From: a virus
DNA length: 64,000 bases
IMG/VR virus record: IMGVR_UViG_3300022843_000001
Span: 32,001 to 96,000 of that record
Strand: one strand, 5' to 3'
The notes beneath the pieces are model-generated. The model saw only the letters and a program-made list of their open reading frames with translations, was not told the origin of the DNA and ran no database searches. Positions within the stretch are counted from its first letter, which is position 1; each line of letters starts with the position of its first letter. Both the position numbers and the translations under genes were made by a program. Below, piece after piece: positions 1 to 9,930 of this stretch.

Positions 1-1707
1 CATAACAGAGAATCTTTAGAGTCCGTTAAAGAAGTAATTATGAAAAGCGCGGCCGCTACGTCTTTGGGCCCGTCCGCAAGTTCTCGCGCTATAAATGCAT
101 TTATTACGGGTATGAAGCAGGACAACCTTGCCAACATCGAAAGAGCAAATGAATCTGCCAGAAGAGCAGAAGCTGTAGAAGATGCAGTTAAGGAGAACAC
201 AAAAACATTATCTGAGGAAATTTCAAACATTGACACATCTTTTGATTTGGGGTTTGCCATTCCTACATTAATTGCAGGTATACTTGGTACACTAGTCGGC
301 GTGTTGTCTGGCGCTCTTATAGGTGGAATATTAGGTGCATTTAAGGAAGCAAAGCTTTGGGGCAAACTTATAGACAAATTAACGGGTGGTGTTATTTCAA
401 GAATGCTCGCTGCTTTTAAGATTCAAAACATTCGAATGGTGTTTATGGGTCAGATGGGCAAAATATCTACGGCACTTGGAAACGTTGGCGCTACTCTTAC
501 TTCCATTGTAGATAAATTTAAAACCTTTGGTGCTAGCATAAAAGCATCTATAGGTAATAGCAAAATTGCAAAGTTTATTATGGGTGTCGGTGATTTTATA
601 ACAAAACAAGCAACTGAAATTAAAAACACATTTGTAATAGCCAAGACTGCTATTACTGGATTATTTTCTGGCATTGGTGGCGGTGGTGGTGGCGGTATTT
701 TCTCCACGATAAGCAAAGGCTTTGGTGTAGTAACAAAATTTCTTGGTGGTTTTGCCTCTTTGTTCAGTGGCATAGGAACAGTTGCAGGAAAAGTTGCAGG
801 TTTTGTAGGCAAGATATTTTTACCTTTACGTGCTGTTATGGTATTATTTGATACAGTAATGGGTGCCTGGGATGGGTTTCAAAAAGAAGGTATACTTGGA
901 GGCATCAAAGGAGCAATAAAAGGTTTGTTTAAAGGTTTAATTGGAAGTGTATTAGACTTAGTAAAAGACGGCATTTCTTGGGTTGCTGAAAAGTTTGGAT
1001 TTGGTGAGATTTCCGCAAGCTTGGATAGTTTTAGTTTTAGCGAGGAATTCGATAAAATTATAGACGCGGTTTTTGCCGTTGTTGGAGATGCTTTTAAATG
1101 GATATCTGGTATATTTAGCGGAGTTAGTAAATCCTTTATGGGTGCCGTTGATTCCTTTGTTGCATTTGATACAACAAAATTTCTGGCAGATATGGGTGCC
1201 AGTATTATGTCTGTTGTTAATAAACTTGTGGATAATGTTATTGGATTATTTAAAGGGTCGGGTAGCGCAATAATGGATGCAGTTGGTAACATCGGTGATA
1301 TGTATAGAAATTTTTATGCATCTATACTTAGATTTATATTACCAACCCCTAACGCAAATGCAGAATGGTACGACATTGGCAATCTTATATCAAAGGTAAT
1401 ACCAGAAAGTGTTTATAAGTTTGCAGGTCTAGACAAAACTACGGGAGAAAGAGTACCGATGGAAAGTATTATGGATATGGTACTTCCTAATACAGACATG
1501 GTACCTTCTCAGATTGCTGGAGATACAGTATCAACATTGTCAAGAAGCATGGCAAGCCAACAAGCACCGATTGTTGTCATAGAAGGATCTAAGGGTGCTA
1601 AGGCAGGCGATAATAATAGTGATAACAGCATCAACTCTTTTTATGGTTCTAGTGCTGCTTCGACAGGTAAGAATTTTACAGGGCGATCTTTAAACAGAAA
1701 ATACTAA
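1..1707 (+). CDS. Tail tape-measure / baseplate hub (gp29-like) protein, 5' truncated by window edge
   Basis: Frame open from base 1; long Gly/Ala/Phe-rich amphipathic helical protein; only long plus-strand ORF, convergent with the replication block. Confidence 0.5.
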   Translation, partial: HNRESLESVKEVIMKSAAATSLGPSASSRAINAFITGMKQDNLANIERANESARRAEAVEDAVKENTKTLSEEISNIDTSFDLGFAIPTLIAGILGTLVGVLSGALIGGILGAFKEAKLWGKLIDKLTGGVISRMLAAFKIQNIRMVFMGQMGKISTALGNVGATLTSIVDKFKTFGASIKASIGNSKIAKFIMGVGDFITKQATEIKNTFVIAKTAITGLFSGIGGGGGGGIFSTISKGFGVVTKFLGGFASLFSGIGTVAGKVAGFVGKIFLPLRAVMVLFDTVMGAWDGFQKEGILGGIKGAIKGLFKGLIGSVLDLVKDGISWVAEKFGFGEISASLDSFSFSEEFDKIIDAVFAVVGDAFKWISGIFSGVSKSFMGAVDSFVAFDTTKFLADMGASIMSVVNKLVDNVIGLFKGSGSAIMDAVGNIGDMYRNFYASILRFILPTPNANAEWYDIGNLISKVIPESVYKFAGLDKTTGERVPMESIMDMVLPNTDMVPSQIAGDTVSTLSRSMASQQAPIVVIEGSKGAKAGDNNSDNSINSFYGSSAASTGKNFTGRSLNRKY

Positions 1708-2162
1708 GTAGATTTTGCTTTTTCAAAATGAGGGCCGTCTATAAATGGGCGGCGTCCTTGAGATACTCTTAATGAAATATACGCGAAGTGTTCATCTTCC
1801 ATCGAATTCGGAGATTTTGTGATATCGGGTAAATGCCAAGCACCGCCCCATCGTAATGGTTTCTTTGCCTTGATAGCCGCAGTTTTCATCGCTTCTGCTA
1901 TAGTCCAATAGGTGGACATCTCCCAAGAGACTTCTCCACCAATGTACCCGACAACATCAAATGCTTCGCCAACGATGTGTTTTGATTTCATGGTGGTTGA
2001 CGCACCACGCGCTACTAATTCCTTTTGACGTTGCTTCGTGCGAAGTCCTTCCGTGACCCCAAAATCTAATTCAGTAATCTTTATTGCATTCTTTACAACT
2101 TCTATTAGATCATCATCAACACCCTTAAGTTTGTCAAGTGATCGCTTCGATAGTTTAAACAT
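1704..2162 (-). CDS. Endolysin, peptidase M15 (L-Ala-D-Glu peptidase, T5-type)
   Basis: MFKLSKRSLDKLKGV..., EGLRT..RQ, SKH...AFD, WGG.W, DGPHFE motifs. Confidence 0.85.
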   Translation of the reverse strand: MFKLSKRSLDKLKGVDDDLIEVVKNAIKITELDFGVTEGLRTKQRQKELVARGASTTMKSKHIVGEAFDVVGYIGGEVSWEMSTYWTIAEAMKTAAIKAKKPLRWGGAWHLPDITKSPNSMEDEHFAYISLRVSQGRRPFIDGPHFEKAKST

Positions 2163-2175
2163 AATTGTCTCCTAT

Positions 2176-2201
2176 AAAAATGGGCCCCGTTTCCGAGGCC
2201 C
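2176..2201 (-). terminator. Intrinsic terminator after gp32
   Basis: GGGCC-TCGGAAACGG-GGCCC followed by ATTTTT on minus strand. Confidence 0.7.
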
Positions 2202-2207
2202 TAGCAT

Positions 2208-3116
2208 TTAACTATTTGCTAATTTTGCAAAATAGTCCATTGTATCGTCATCATCGGCAGGATCATTATTGCTTGCCTCTGGTTTCGATTTTTGCTCTGC
2301 AGCTTCCTTTGATTTAGGCTCTGGAGCATCCATTTGATCTTCCGTTGAAATCGCTTCTGCGGTAGACATTGGAGCTGTTGCACCAAGAACACGAGCCAGT
2401 TTTGCCTTCAACTCAGCATATGGCTTGAAATTCGATGGGTCGGTGTATTTTGCCAACGGTTCAAGTTTACCATAAAACTCTTCAAGTTTTGCATCATCAC
2501 CCTTTAGAAAAGGTGACGCAGCAGCAAATTCTGACTTATCATAATTTACCCAACCTTCGACCTTTCGGATTTTGACTTTAAAATCCGCACCACCCCAGAA
2601 ATCAAATGGGTTAACCGCTTCTTCGTCATCAAATTCTGGTTGCATAGAATCCATGATCTTATCAAAGATTTTCTTGCCGAACTTGTATTGCATAATTTTG
2701 CCTTCGTTGGCAGGATTAGCAGCATCAGCAACTACGAAGATGTTTGCAACATAATGCAACCTACGTTTTTGCTTACGAGCAAGTTCTTTGTCGTCGTCAG
2801 CACCAGTTGCCCACAATCTAGAGTTGTGTTCGGAGACAGGGTCGTCTTCACCTAGTGTTGTACGAGAGTTTTCGATATACCATTGACCTGTAGGTCCTTG
2901 AAATCCGTGGTCCCAAAAACGCACCCATGGCAATTCTTCGCCTTCGGCAGCAGGGAGGAAACGAATAACCGCGTAACCATTGCCCGACTTATCTCGAGTT
3001 GGTTTCCAAATGTTATCATCTCCATAAGACTTCTTTCCACCACCAACATTTTCAGCGGCGGCGGTCATGGCTTTAAGTGCATCAGCACGAGACTTTTTCA
3101 TATTACTAAACGACAT
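2208..3116 (-). CDS. gp32: Single-stranded DNA-binding protein
   Basis: GNGYAVIRFLP, W.HGFQG..G.WYIENS..T, FDFW.GA.FK.KIRKV.G..NYD.SEF; acidic tail ending FAKLA. Confidence 0.95.
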   Translation of the reverse strand: MSFSNMKKSRADALKAMTAAAENVGGGKKSYGDDNIWKPTRDKSGNGYAVIRFLPAAEGEELPWVRFWDHGFQGPTGQWYIENSRTTLGEDDPVSEHNSRLWATGADDDKELARKQKRRLHYVANIFVVADAANPANEGKIMQYKFGKKIFDKIMDSMQPEFDDEEAVNPFDFWGGADFKVKIRKVEGWVNYDKSEFAAASPFLKGDDAKLEEFYGKLEPLAKYTDPSNFKPYAELKAKLARVLGATAPMSTAEAISTEDQMDAPEPKSKEAAEQKSKPEASNNDPADDDDTMDYFAKLANS

Positions 3117-3254
3117 TTAATTTACCTTTATTTTATTATTGCAGTGTATTACAGTGTATTATTCAATGTATCATTATATAGTGTATTATATATACAAATT
3201 GAGTAACAGTACTATTATAACATAAACAGCACCGTTTGTCAACATATAGTTAAG

Positions 3255-3839
3255 TCAAAAAATTTGAATAATATCTTTTTTTATCTTTTCAGATAATGTT
3301 TTGCTCATAATGAATGGAGTATAGTTCTTTATCTTTGCAGACAATTCTGGCCAGAGTATAGTATCAACCACTTTTTTGTTTGCGTGATCGACAAAGCCAG
3401 TCAGACTGTTTAAAACAACTACCGTCTCTAACAGCACTTCTTTCGACAAATATTCATGTATAATAGAAGGATAAGTTTTACCTTCCATACTTAAAACCGT
3501 GTCGAAGTTGGTGTATTTAGATTCCATCTTATATAAGTCTTGCTTGATATTATAACTCAATGACTCATTAACTTTTAACCAATTTTGATATTCCTCCTCG
3601 TTATTTAACATATCACCAACCCACTTGCAATCATTTACAAAGTGGGCCACATAGTATTTGATTAACTCTTCCTTATCATCAAAGCGCTTCGCAACCTTTG
3701 CAAAGAAATATTTGTCTTTTCTTTTCCAAAAAGACTGTTGTGTTGCACTAGTTTTAAATCGATACTTGATAGCATCGTATTTAGATGTAAAATGCAACTT
3801 CAGCGCGTTATGATAAGAATAAGCATCAAATGATTCCAT
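3255..3839 (-). CDS. gp59: Helicase loader
   Basis: Y.ALKLHFT.KYD..KY, FWKRKDKYFF.K; T4 synteny 33-59-32. Confidence 0.85.
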   Translation of the reverse strand: MESFDAYSYHNALKLHFTSKYDAIKYRFKTSATQQSFWKRKDKYFFAKVAKRFDDKEELIKYYVAHFVNDCKWVGDMLNNEEEYQNWLKVNESLSYNIKQDLYKMESKYTNFDTVLSMEGKTYPSIIHEYLSKEVLLETVVVLNSLTGFVDHANKKVVDTILWPELSAKIKNYTPFIMSKTLSEKIKKDIIQIF

Positions 3840-4075
3840 TAGACAGGTAATGTGTTACCGCCCTTGATGTAATTTAAACGCACCGCCTCACCTTCAAGTT
3901 TATCTTTAACAATATCAGATAAGAACTTGTTAGCATCCTCGGGATACAGTTCATGCTTTTCACATAACATTAGGATAGCATCCATATATCCCATTTTGTT
4001 TTTTGTGACCTCGTGTTCGACCATAGAAGAAAATTTCTTCTTGGTGATCATTTTTTCCTCTACGGCGGCTATCAT
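3839..4075 (-). CDS. gp33: Late-transcription coactivator
   Basis: FS..VE..V.....YMDAIL..CEK, KLEGEA..LNYIKG..TLP. Confidence 0.85.
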   Translation of the reverse strand: MIAAVEEKMITKKKFSSMVEHEVTKNKMGYMDAILMLCEKHELYPEDANKFLSDIVKDKLEGEAVRLNYIKGGNTLPV

Positions 4076-4341
4076 TCAGGTAACATCGTAGAAAATTCAG
4101 TTACATTGTCAACCCTAAAGGATCTCCAATCTTCCGCTACAACGTCATAGACTGCAAGAACTTTATCGGTGCGCGCCGCCTTTTCCTTTTGTGGAGCTAT
4201 ATTGGGAGTTGGCGCAGGTGGAATTGAATCCGAGTTTAAGGTACATTCCATAACCCGAAGATCCCCATTAACTTTGGTGAATGTTACTTTGCAGTTTGAA
4301 CTTCTCAGTTCAGACACCATTTCTTCTCTTGTCATTATCAT
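4072..4341 (-). CDS. Conserved T4-like SH3/WYL-like beta-barrel protein
   Basis: VTFTKVNG..R.M.CTL...V.V.DV...WRSFR pattern. Confidence 0.6.
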   Translation of the reverse strand: MIMTREEMVSELRSSNCKVTFTKVNGDLRVMECTLNSDSIPPAPTPNIAPQKEKAARTDKVLAVYDVVAEDWRSFRVDNVTEFSTMLPE

Positions 4342-4532
4342 TATATTGCCTATTTGTTTGTAGTGTAACTATTATAACACAGATAGCATCAATTGTCAAT
4401 CTTTATTTGAAATGTCTATTCAGATACGGCACTTTGCCATCTATTGTTATTATTTTTGTCACTTCGTTTGTGTGATTGTTGGGATGTTCTCTCAATGCAG
4501 GTATTCGGTCTTTGGATAATCGAATCTTTACA

Positions 4533-4763
4533 TTACCCATTATGTTTAACTCCTGTATTGAATTCTTGAGGGCCTTCGGTGGTGAATTCCATACCAGCAA
4601 TATTGCCGACATAAGTTTTACCATTCCACCGCATATGAATTTTGTTATGTGCAATGAATGCATTTAATGATTCACCCACCTTTACATTATCCACCTCTGC
4701 CTCAACCGCTTTATCATTGCGAGTGTTTATGATTATTGCTGTCTTTGCAAAATATGTGCTCAT
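4533..4763 (-). CDS. Hypothetical protein (start at MSTYFAK)
   Basis: ORF with GAG-type RBS before Met18; phage-like composition. Confidence 0.55.
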   Translation of the reverse strand: MSTYFAKTAIIINTRNDKAVEAEVDNVKVGESLNAFIAHNKIHMRWNGKTYVGNIAGMEFTTEGPQEFNTGVKHNG

Positions 4764-4954
4764 AGAGAATTCATCGCTGTGTAACATAATGCAGTTGCAA
4801 ATGCACCTAACCAATGATAAATGTTAAGTTTATACCCACGGTCGTGAATAATCGATCTGATCAAAGTGGCGATAATTACAGGCACCAGTGAAAAGAAAAC
4901 CAACAGAACAACAATGTTGATAATATACGGAAGCAAAATTTCTAATAAACTCAT
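4760..4954 (-). CDS. Small membrane protein
   Basis: Two hydrophobic segments; stop/start overlaps with neighbours. Confidence 0.5.
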   Translation of the reverse strand: MSLLEILLPYIINIVVLLVFFSLVPVIIATLIRSIIHDRGYKLNIYHWLGAFATALCYTAMNSL

Positions 4955-5187
4955 AATTTAATCTCTTTAGTGGATATATCTTTTATTCGTCGAATTCTAA
5001 GATTGATATAATGATTATATTCAAGACCGATCATGTCTCCAATCTCAAGATGCGTCATAAATTTTCTAACACCTTCAGATGTTGTCATAACAAAATCGTC
5101 GGGATACATATCAAAGAACTCTTGGAGAGTTAGTATTTCATAATCTCCTTGATAATCAATGTCATATTTACGGACCTTGAATAACAT
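4951..5187 (-). CDS. Hypothetical protein
   Basis: ORF track; tight packing. Confidence 0.55.
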   Translation of the reverse strand: MLFKVRKYDIDYQGDYEILTLQEFFDMYPDDFVMTTSEGVRKFMTHLEIGDMIGLEYNHYINLRIRRIKDISTKEIKL

Positions 5188-5188
5188 A

Positions 5189-5500
5189 TTATACGACTAC
5201 GATAGCGTTTTTCTTTTCGCGATATTCAACACCGCGAGCACGAATACATTTAAAACCATCGGCACCGCCAAATTCGATTTCTTCATTCGGATCAAGATCT
5301 AGATCATTCATCATCTCGTTTGTTACAAGAGAGTAACGACCCTTAAGCAAGGTATGAACCTTTGCAAATTTATATTCAACAGTGATTTCTTTAGAGTGTG
5401 ATATCAATGAACCTAGTCCACCTGACTTCAGGTTGTCCATACAGAATTCAGAGTAACGGCCGCCGTTTGAGTCAGTAGTTTGGAAAGCAGGATTGTACAT
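5189..5500 (-). CDS. Early hypothetical protein (true start MYNPAF)
   Basis: Start follows the cassette leader GAAGAGACTAAAAAT. Confidence 0.6.
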   Translation of the reverse strand: MYNPAFQTTDSNGGRYSEFCMDNLKSGGLGSLISHSKEITVEYKFAKVHTLLKGRYSLVTNEMMNDLDLDPNEEIEFGGADGFKCIRARGVEYREKKNAIVVV

Positions 5501-5620
5501 ATTTTTAGTCTCTTCAATTAATTTATACATATATTATACCATGGTTGGGGTATAATGTCAACAACTAATTTCAGTTTAGTTATAATTAGTTGTTATATCG
5601 TTAGAATTAGTTGTTATACG
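5501..5620 (-). repeat. Early promoter cassette copy (leader + TTGACA-17-TATAAT + upstream GTTATA motifs)
   Basis: -35 at 5556-5561, -10 at 5533-5538; spacer is an inverted repeat ATTATACC..GGTATAAT. Confidence 0.85.
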
Positions 5621-5928
5621 ATTGCATAATCAGCAGGAGAATTGTCTACTAATTGTCTCGCGGCTTCTTTCATGATACAAACCAAACCAGACAATGTCGG
5701 GCCGTCACCAGCTAATCTTAACAAGGCTACAGTAGAAGAAGAAGGATAGGCTATCGCATCCCAATGTTTGACCGATGTTATATCATTAAAATATTGGTCA
5801 TCACTTTTAAGCAACAATTCGATGGAAAATCGTTGCAGCACACGATTTCGAGTTTCCTCTGTGACAAATTGAGCATAATATTCGCGGTGATTGCATTTTC
5901 TGTTTAGATAATCATTTCTTGATAACAT
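5614..5928 (-). CDS. Early hypothetical protein
   Basis: ORF directly behind cassette leader. Confidence 0.65.
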   Translation of the reverse strand: MLSRNDYLNRKCNHREYYAQFVTEETRNRVLQRFSIELLLKSDDQYFNDITSVKHWDAIAYPSSSTVALLRLAGDGPTLSGLVCIMKEAARQLVDNSPADYAIV

Positions 5929-6030
5929 AATTTAGTCTCTTCAATTAATTTATAGATGTATTATATCATAGACTTATTATAATGTCAACAACTTTGTTAT
6001 AATTAGTTGTTATATCGATATAAGAAGTTC
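5929..6030 (-). repeat. Early promoter cassette copy
   Basis: -35 5983-5988, -10 5960-5965, near-palindrome GTTATATCGATATAAG 6009-6024. Confidence 0.85.
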
Positions 6031-6075
6031 GTCAAGTGCAGTTATATAACTTTTTGCCTCGTTTCTTCGTTCTGC

Positions 6076-6633
6076 TTATGACACACCTTCTTTAAAGTCT
6101 ATGGCCATTTGTTTGGCATCTTCCATAGTTTTTGCTACCCATTCACCTCGCCCTAGATCTGATATACGATGCAAACAACCGCCAATAGTGTTATGAAGAC
6201 TTAAGTTTGGAGTAGTGTTCGTATACTCCCACTTGATATCGTAACATTTTTCGCCTTGCTCTTCAACGATGCCATCGCATCTGACGTTAATGTGGTATTC
6301 ATCCTTCCAAAAATCAATAGCGGCTTGTTTGTCGTCCTCTGGATTATTTGCTATATAATGACAATCACCTTTTACGCAAGTAGACCCAACTTTAAAGCCG
6401 TTCAGTGCACGATGACTCCAACCAAACCATTCTTTTTGTAGAGGACTATACCCAACACCATGTGTCAATTGTTCTGTGATTTCAAGCTTTGCAAGAATCT
6501 CAACCTGATCTTCCATACCAACGTGAGTAATATAAGACTCGTCAAAATTGCTAAAGTAGCAATCCATGTCTTCATCGCAAATATTATAGGGTTTGATATA
6601 CGCTACTTGTGCTAACCATTCTTTTGTATTCAT
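6076..6633 (-). CDS. Conserved phage hypothetical protein
   Basis: 185 aa ORF with AGGA RBS; W.GWSHRA..GF..G and A..MA..F...VS segments. Confidence 0.65.
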   Translation of the reverse strand: MNTKEWLAQVAYIKPYNICDEDMDCYFSNFDESYITHVGMEDQVEILAKLEITEQLTHGVGYSPLQKEWFGWSHRALNGFKVGSTCVKGDCHYIANNPEDDKQAAIDFWKDEYHINVRCDGIVEEQGEKCYDIKWEYTNTTPNLSLHNTIGGCLHRISDLGRGEWVAKTMEDAKQMAIDFKEGVS

Positions 6634-6649
6634 AATTTAATCCTGTGTA

Positions 6650-6817
6650 TTATCCACCAAGAACCAGAGTGTTTTCTTCTGAGTTGTCGGCAATTAATAT
6701 ATGTTTTGGTTCAAAGTCTACATAACAACAAGCATCGGCGTCGAATGTTGACGCCTTTAAATCTCCATATAAAAGCAAGTCGGTTTCTAATTTGGCAATA
6801 ATTTCTGAAATCATCAT
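6650..6817 (-). CDS. Small early protein, 55 aa (MMISEIIAKLETDLLLYGDL...)
   Basis: Translated by hand; sits directly behind a cassette leader. Confidence 0.55.
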   Translation of the reverse strand: MMISEIIAKLETDLLLYGDLKASTFDADACCYVDFEPKHILIADNSEENTLVLGG

Positions 6818-6925
6818 AATTTAGTCTCTTCAATTAATTTATAGATGTATTATACCACAACTATGATGTAATGTCAACAACATATTTAGAACTTGTAGTT
6901 ATATTGTTATAATTTTTAATTATAT
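6818..6925 (-). repeat. Early promoter cassette copy
   Basis: -35 6872-6877, -10 6849-6854, leader AATTAATTGAAGAGACTAAATT. Confidence 0.85.
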
Positions 6926-7183
6926 CGCAAAATGCGCGCCGACACCCTCAGACCACACAAGCAATTTGTTTAACGCTTCTTTTGGTGTACCGCACGAATC
7001 AGCCGTACCTAGATGAGATATAACTAACGCCTCGTCAACCACATATTTCCATTCTTCAAGCTCTGCAACCTTTGCCCGTAGAATGTAAATTTCAGGATCT
7101 GTCCAATCAACGTTGCAACAACACTCACTGCTACTATATGCAAAGCATTTACATCCTTTTCCTGCGTAATAATCTTCATTCAT
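6920..7183 (-). CDS. Hypothetical Cys-rich protein
   Basis: ORF track. Confidence 0.55.
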   Translation of the reverse strand: MNEDYYAGKGCKCFAYSSSECCCNVDWTDPEIYILRAKVAELEEWKYVVDEALVISHLGTADSCGTPKEALNKLLVWSEGVGAHFAI

Positions 7184-7343
7184 AATAAAATACCAAACTT
7201 GATTTAATAAAAACTTTTAAAAATTGGGTCTGCACCTCGACTAGGTAACTCAGAATCCACGGTTCTTTTTGTCTCGCCACAAAACGTTGTTGGATGTCGC
7301 ACCAGAGTGAATTTTCATCACATAGGATATTTCTATTAGTTCA

Positions 7344-7691
7344 TCATCCATTATTTTTCTCTATATGTTTGCATTTGCGCCGAAATTTAAATCCAGGGCA
7401 AGTGCATGATAATTTTCCTTCAACATCAGACACAACATAATTAGTGCCTTTGCTGCCTTGGACAACCCAAGTGATACCTTCTGGTACAGCAGGGGCAGAA
7501 GCATCATTTCGACTACACAAAGTTCTGAACTTACGGCGGGACTTGCTGAATCTCTTCATCGGATTGATGAACTCTTTATATTCACCATTTGGCGGCTGGT
7601 ACCCTACAAGAGCACCGCTATCATTGACATGATACATACCGCCTGGGTATTCCCAATCAGTGATTTCTTCTAATACCGTAATTGATGCCAT
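7344..7691 (-). CDS. SWIM zinc-finger protein
   Basis: V.GSKG..Y.V......SCTCPGFKFRRKCKHI. Confidence 0.75.
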   Translation of the reverse strand: MASITVLEEITDWEYPGGMYHVNDSGALVGYQPPNGEYKEFINPMKRFSKSRRKFRTLCSRNDASAPAVPEGITWVVQGSKGTNYVVSDVEGKLSCTCPGFKFRRKCKHIEKNNG

Positions 7692-7747
7692 AATATAGTC
7701 AACCTTAATTTCTTATATAACTATTGTATCATAATCTTTGTGTAATG

Positions 7748-8017
7748 TCAACCAATAACTTCAAATAAATGAAGTACTAGGCCGCTATCGATATATGCTG
7801 TGGTCATGTATTTGTGTTCAACACCCATAATGTAGGGTATTTCCTCTCCTGTAAATATCACATCAAAATGTCTTATCTCTGTATATGCACTGGTATCGAT
7901 CTTGGCCCATAACACAAAACGATCATTTTCTATAGAAGCTGTCAATATCTCAGCACCGATGGGCAATTTTAATTCAGTTTTGCGATTTGTTAACTCATAT
8001 TTAAAAATTTTAATCAT
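7748..8017 (-). CDS. Conserved phage hypothetical protein
   Basis: IFKYEL....LP.GA.IL.......LWA..D pattern. Confidence 0.6.
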   Translation of the reverse strand: MIKIFKYELTNRKTELKLPIGAEILTASIENDRFVLWAKIDTSAYTEIRHFDVIFTGEEIPYIMGVEHKYMTTAYIDSGLVLHLFEVIG

Positions 8018-8031
8018 CTAATTTGTCTCTT

Positions 8032-8220
8032 TTAATTGAAAACGTCTAATATAATATCTGTTATTACGATAGAACAAATGTCCTCGTAATCTTCTCCACA
8101 CAAGTCTTCTGCTAAATCCAACATATCCTCGATGGATGCATCCCCACTTGCTCTGGTTCCGTATTGTCGACCCGTTCCGTCTAATTTACGGGTTCTGAAT
8201 GTTATTTCATACGTTCCCAT
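8032..8220 (-). CDS. Hypothetical protein
   Basis: ORF track, follows rtcB. Confidence 0.5.
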   Translation of the reverse strand: MGTYEITFRTRKLDGTGRQYGTRASGDASIEDMLDLAEDLCGEDYEDICSIVITDIILDVFN

Positions 8221-8224
8221 AGTA

Positions 8225-9412
8225 TTAACCCTTTACACAAAGCACTTGTTTAATTTCATGTACAATCTCTACCAAATCGGCCTGAGCTGCCATTACATCA
8301 TCGATAGGTTTATACGCACTTGGAGTCTCGTCTATAATACCTTCGTCTATTCTACACTCCACACCACGAACTGCTTCTTCGTGTTGCTGCATAGTTACTA
8401 ATTTCTTCGCTTGGGTTCTGGACATAACCCGACCGGCGCCATGACTACAACTGTGGAAAGATTCCTTGTTTCCCAAGCCTTTAACTATGAATGATCTCTG
8501 TCCCATGCTACTTGGAATGATACCATATTGCCCTTTCTTAGCAGAAACCGCACCCTTTCGAGTAACCCACACATTTTCGTTGTAATGGTTTTCTTTCTGT
8601 ACATAGTTATGATGACAGTCAACAGTCAACTCATCTACCGTAAAAGGTTGTGTATGTTTTTCAAGCACTTCTAAAACATTTTTCATCATCAAAGCACGAT
8701 TCATCTTCGCGAATTCTTGTGCCCAGTCAACGGCTTCGATATATTGATCGAAGTAGGTCGAGTTTTCTGGTAAATATGCCAAGTCCTCGTCTGGCAAAGA
8801 AATAAAATACTTCTCCATTTCCAACTTTGCTTTCTCAATAAAGTATCTGCCAATAGCATTACCCACACCACGACTACCTGAATGTAGCATTACCCACACC
8901 GAATTGTCTGCTTTCTCGATACACACTTCGATGAAATGATTTCCACCACCCAAGGTGCCTAGATGAGCAATATTGTTTGTCTTCTCGACAGGGGCAAATT
9001 CACGCAAATTATCAAAGCCTGAACTTAAATGTTTATTCCAAGTATCGATAACTTCCTTGGGTAATTTCTGGACGTTATGTTTCCCTTGTCCTACAGGAAT
9101 CACCGCTTCAATGTCTAATCTCATCGATTTTAGGTTAAAAGGCAAGTCAGACGCAGTTAAAGACGTTTTAACGGCTTGCATGCCGCAGCCAAGGTCAACG
9201 CCAACTGCAGACGGGATAATCGCTTTTTTGGTGGCCAGAACTGTTCCTATAGCGCAACCTTTACCTAAGTGGGCATCAGGCATAGACGCAATCCATTTGT
9301 GTATGAATGGCATATCAGCAAGGTTCATTAATTGTTCTTTTGTGTTTTCCGCAAAATCAACACCATCACACCAAGCCTTTACTACATGGCCGCGGCCAGT
9401 TAAAACTTTCAT
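8225..9412 (-). CDS. rtcB: RNA 3'-phosphate/5'-OH ligase RtcB
   Basis: PDAH.GKGC.IG, GVD.GCG, GTLGGGNHFIE, HSGSRG.G, HHNY, RKGA, SCSHGAGR, DE.P.AYK. Confidence 0.95.
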   Translation of the reverse strand: MKVLTGRGHVVKAWCDGVDFAENTKEQLMNLADMPFIHKWIASMPDAHLGKGCAIGTVLATKKAIIPSAVGVDLGCGMQAVKTSLTASDLPFNLKSMRLDIEAVIPVGQGKHNVQKLPKEVIDTWNKHLSSGFDNLREFAPVEKTNNIAHLGTLGGGNHFIEVCIEKADNSVWVMLHSGSRGVGNAIGRYFIEKAKLEMEKYFISLPDEDLAYLPENSTYFDQYIEAVDWAQEFAKMNRALMMKNVLEVLEKHTQPFTVDELTVDCHHNYVQKENHYNENVWVTRKGAVSAKKGQYGIIPSSMGQRSFIVKGLGNKESFHSCSHGAGRVMSRTQAKKLVTMQQHEEAVRGVECRIDEGIIDETPSAYKPIDDVMAAQADLVEIVHEIKQVLCVKG

Positions 9413-9930
9413 TATTGTAACTCCTTTCCTATATTATTTTTGTTGAGACCTGCCGTATACCAAACAGGCACTGTATTAAATTTCCATGCAGCGAAGTAAC
9501 TTTTTTCTTCGACATAATACTTACGGTATGCATCGACAGCAGAAGTACCTTTGCAGTAATCTGGCATACACTGTGGCGGTTCGCGCCAACCTGCATCTGG
9601 AATACCTTTCGGTAATTTTCCAAGCAAGGTACCTAATTTTCTCCAAGACAAATGTACCTTGCCGTAACGTGCCGTGTATTGCTCCGAAAGGGATTGAAAC
9701 AAGTTATACATGTACATATATTGTTGCTTGTTTTCTCGCACCCATATAGTTGATGGGTGGTTTTTATGAGCGATTTTATATAGATCAGTTGATAATTCTG
9801 TACCTTCGTCGAGTATACGATGGGCAGTTGATAACATCTGTGCATATTCAAGAATCATTTTAACACAATGTTTGTCACAATGCATTGCTGCAGCAATCTC
9901 GTAATCATTGCTAAGATAAAATATATTCAT
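9412..9930 (-). CDS. Pyrimidine-dimer DNA glycosylase (endonuclease V-like) family protein
   Basis: MNIF.L.......A..HCDKH.VKMILE.AQMLSTAH, H.NHP.T.W, PQCMPD, AYR.YY. Confidence 0.8.
   Translation of the reverse strand: MNIFYLSNDYEIAAAMHCDKHCVKMILEYAQMLSTAHRILDEGTELSTDLYKIAHKNHPSTIWVRENKQQYMYMYNLFQSLSEQYTARYGKVHLSWRKLGTLLGKLPKGIPDAGWREPPQCMPDYCKGTSAVDAYRKYYVEEKSYFAAWKFNTVPVWYTAGLNKNNIGKELQ

Noticed and set aside
5501-5530. Shared N-terminal peptide MYKLIEE in two ORFs (5530, 27763)
   Set aside because: It is the translated cassette leader; true starts are the downstream Met
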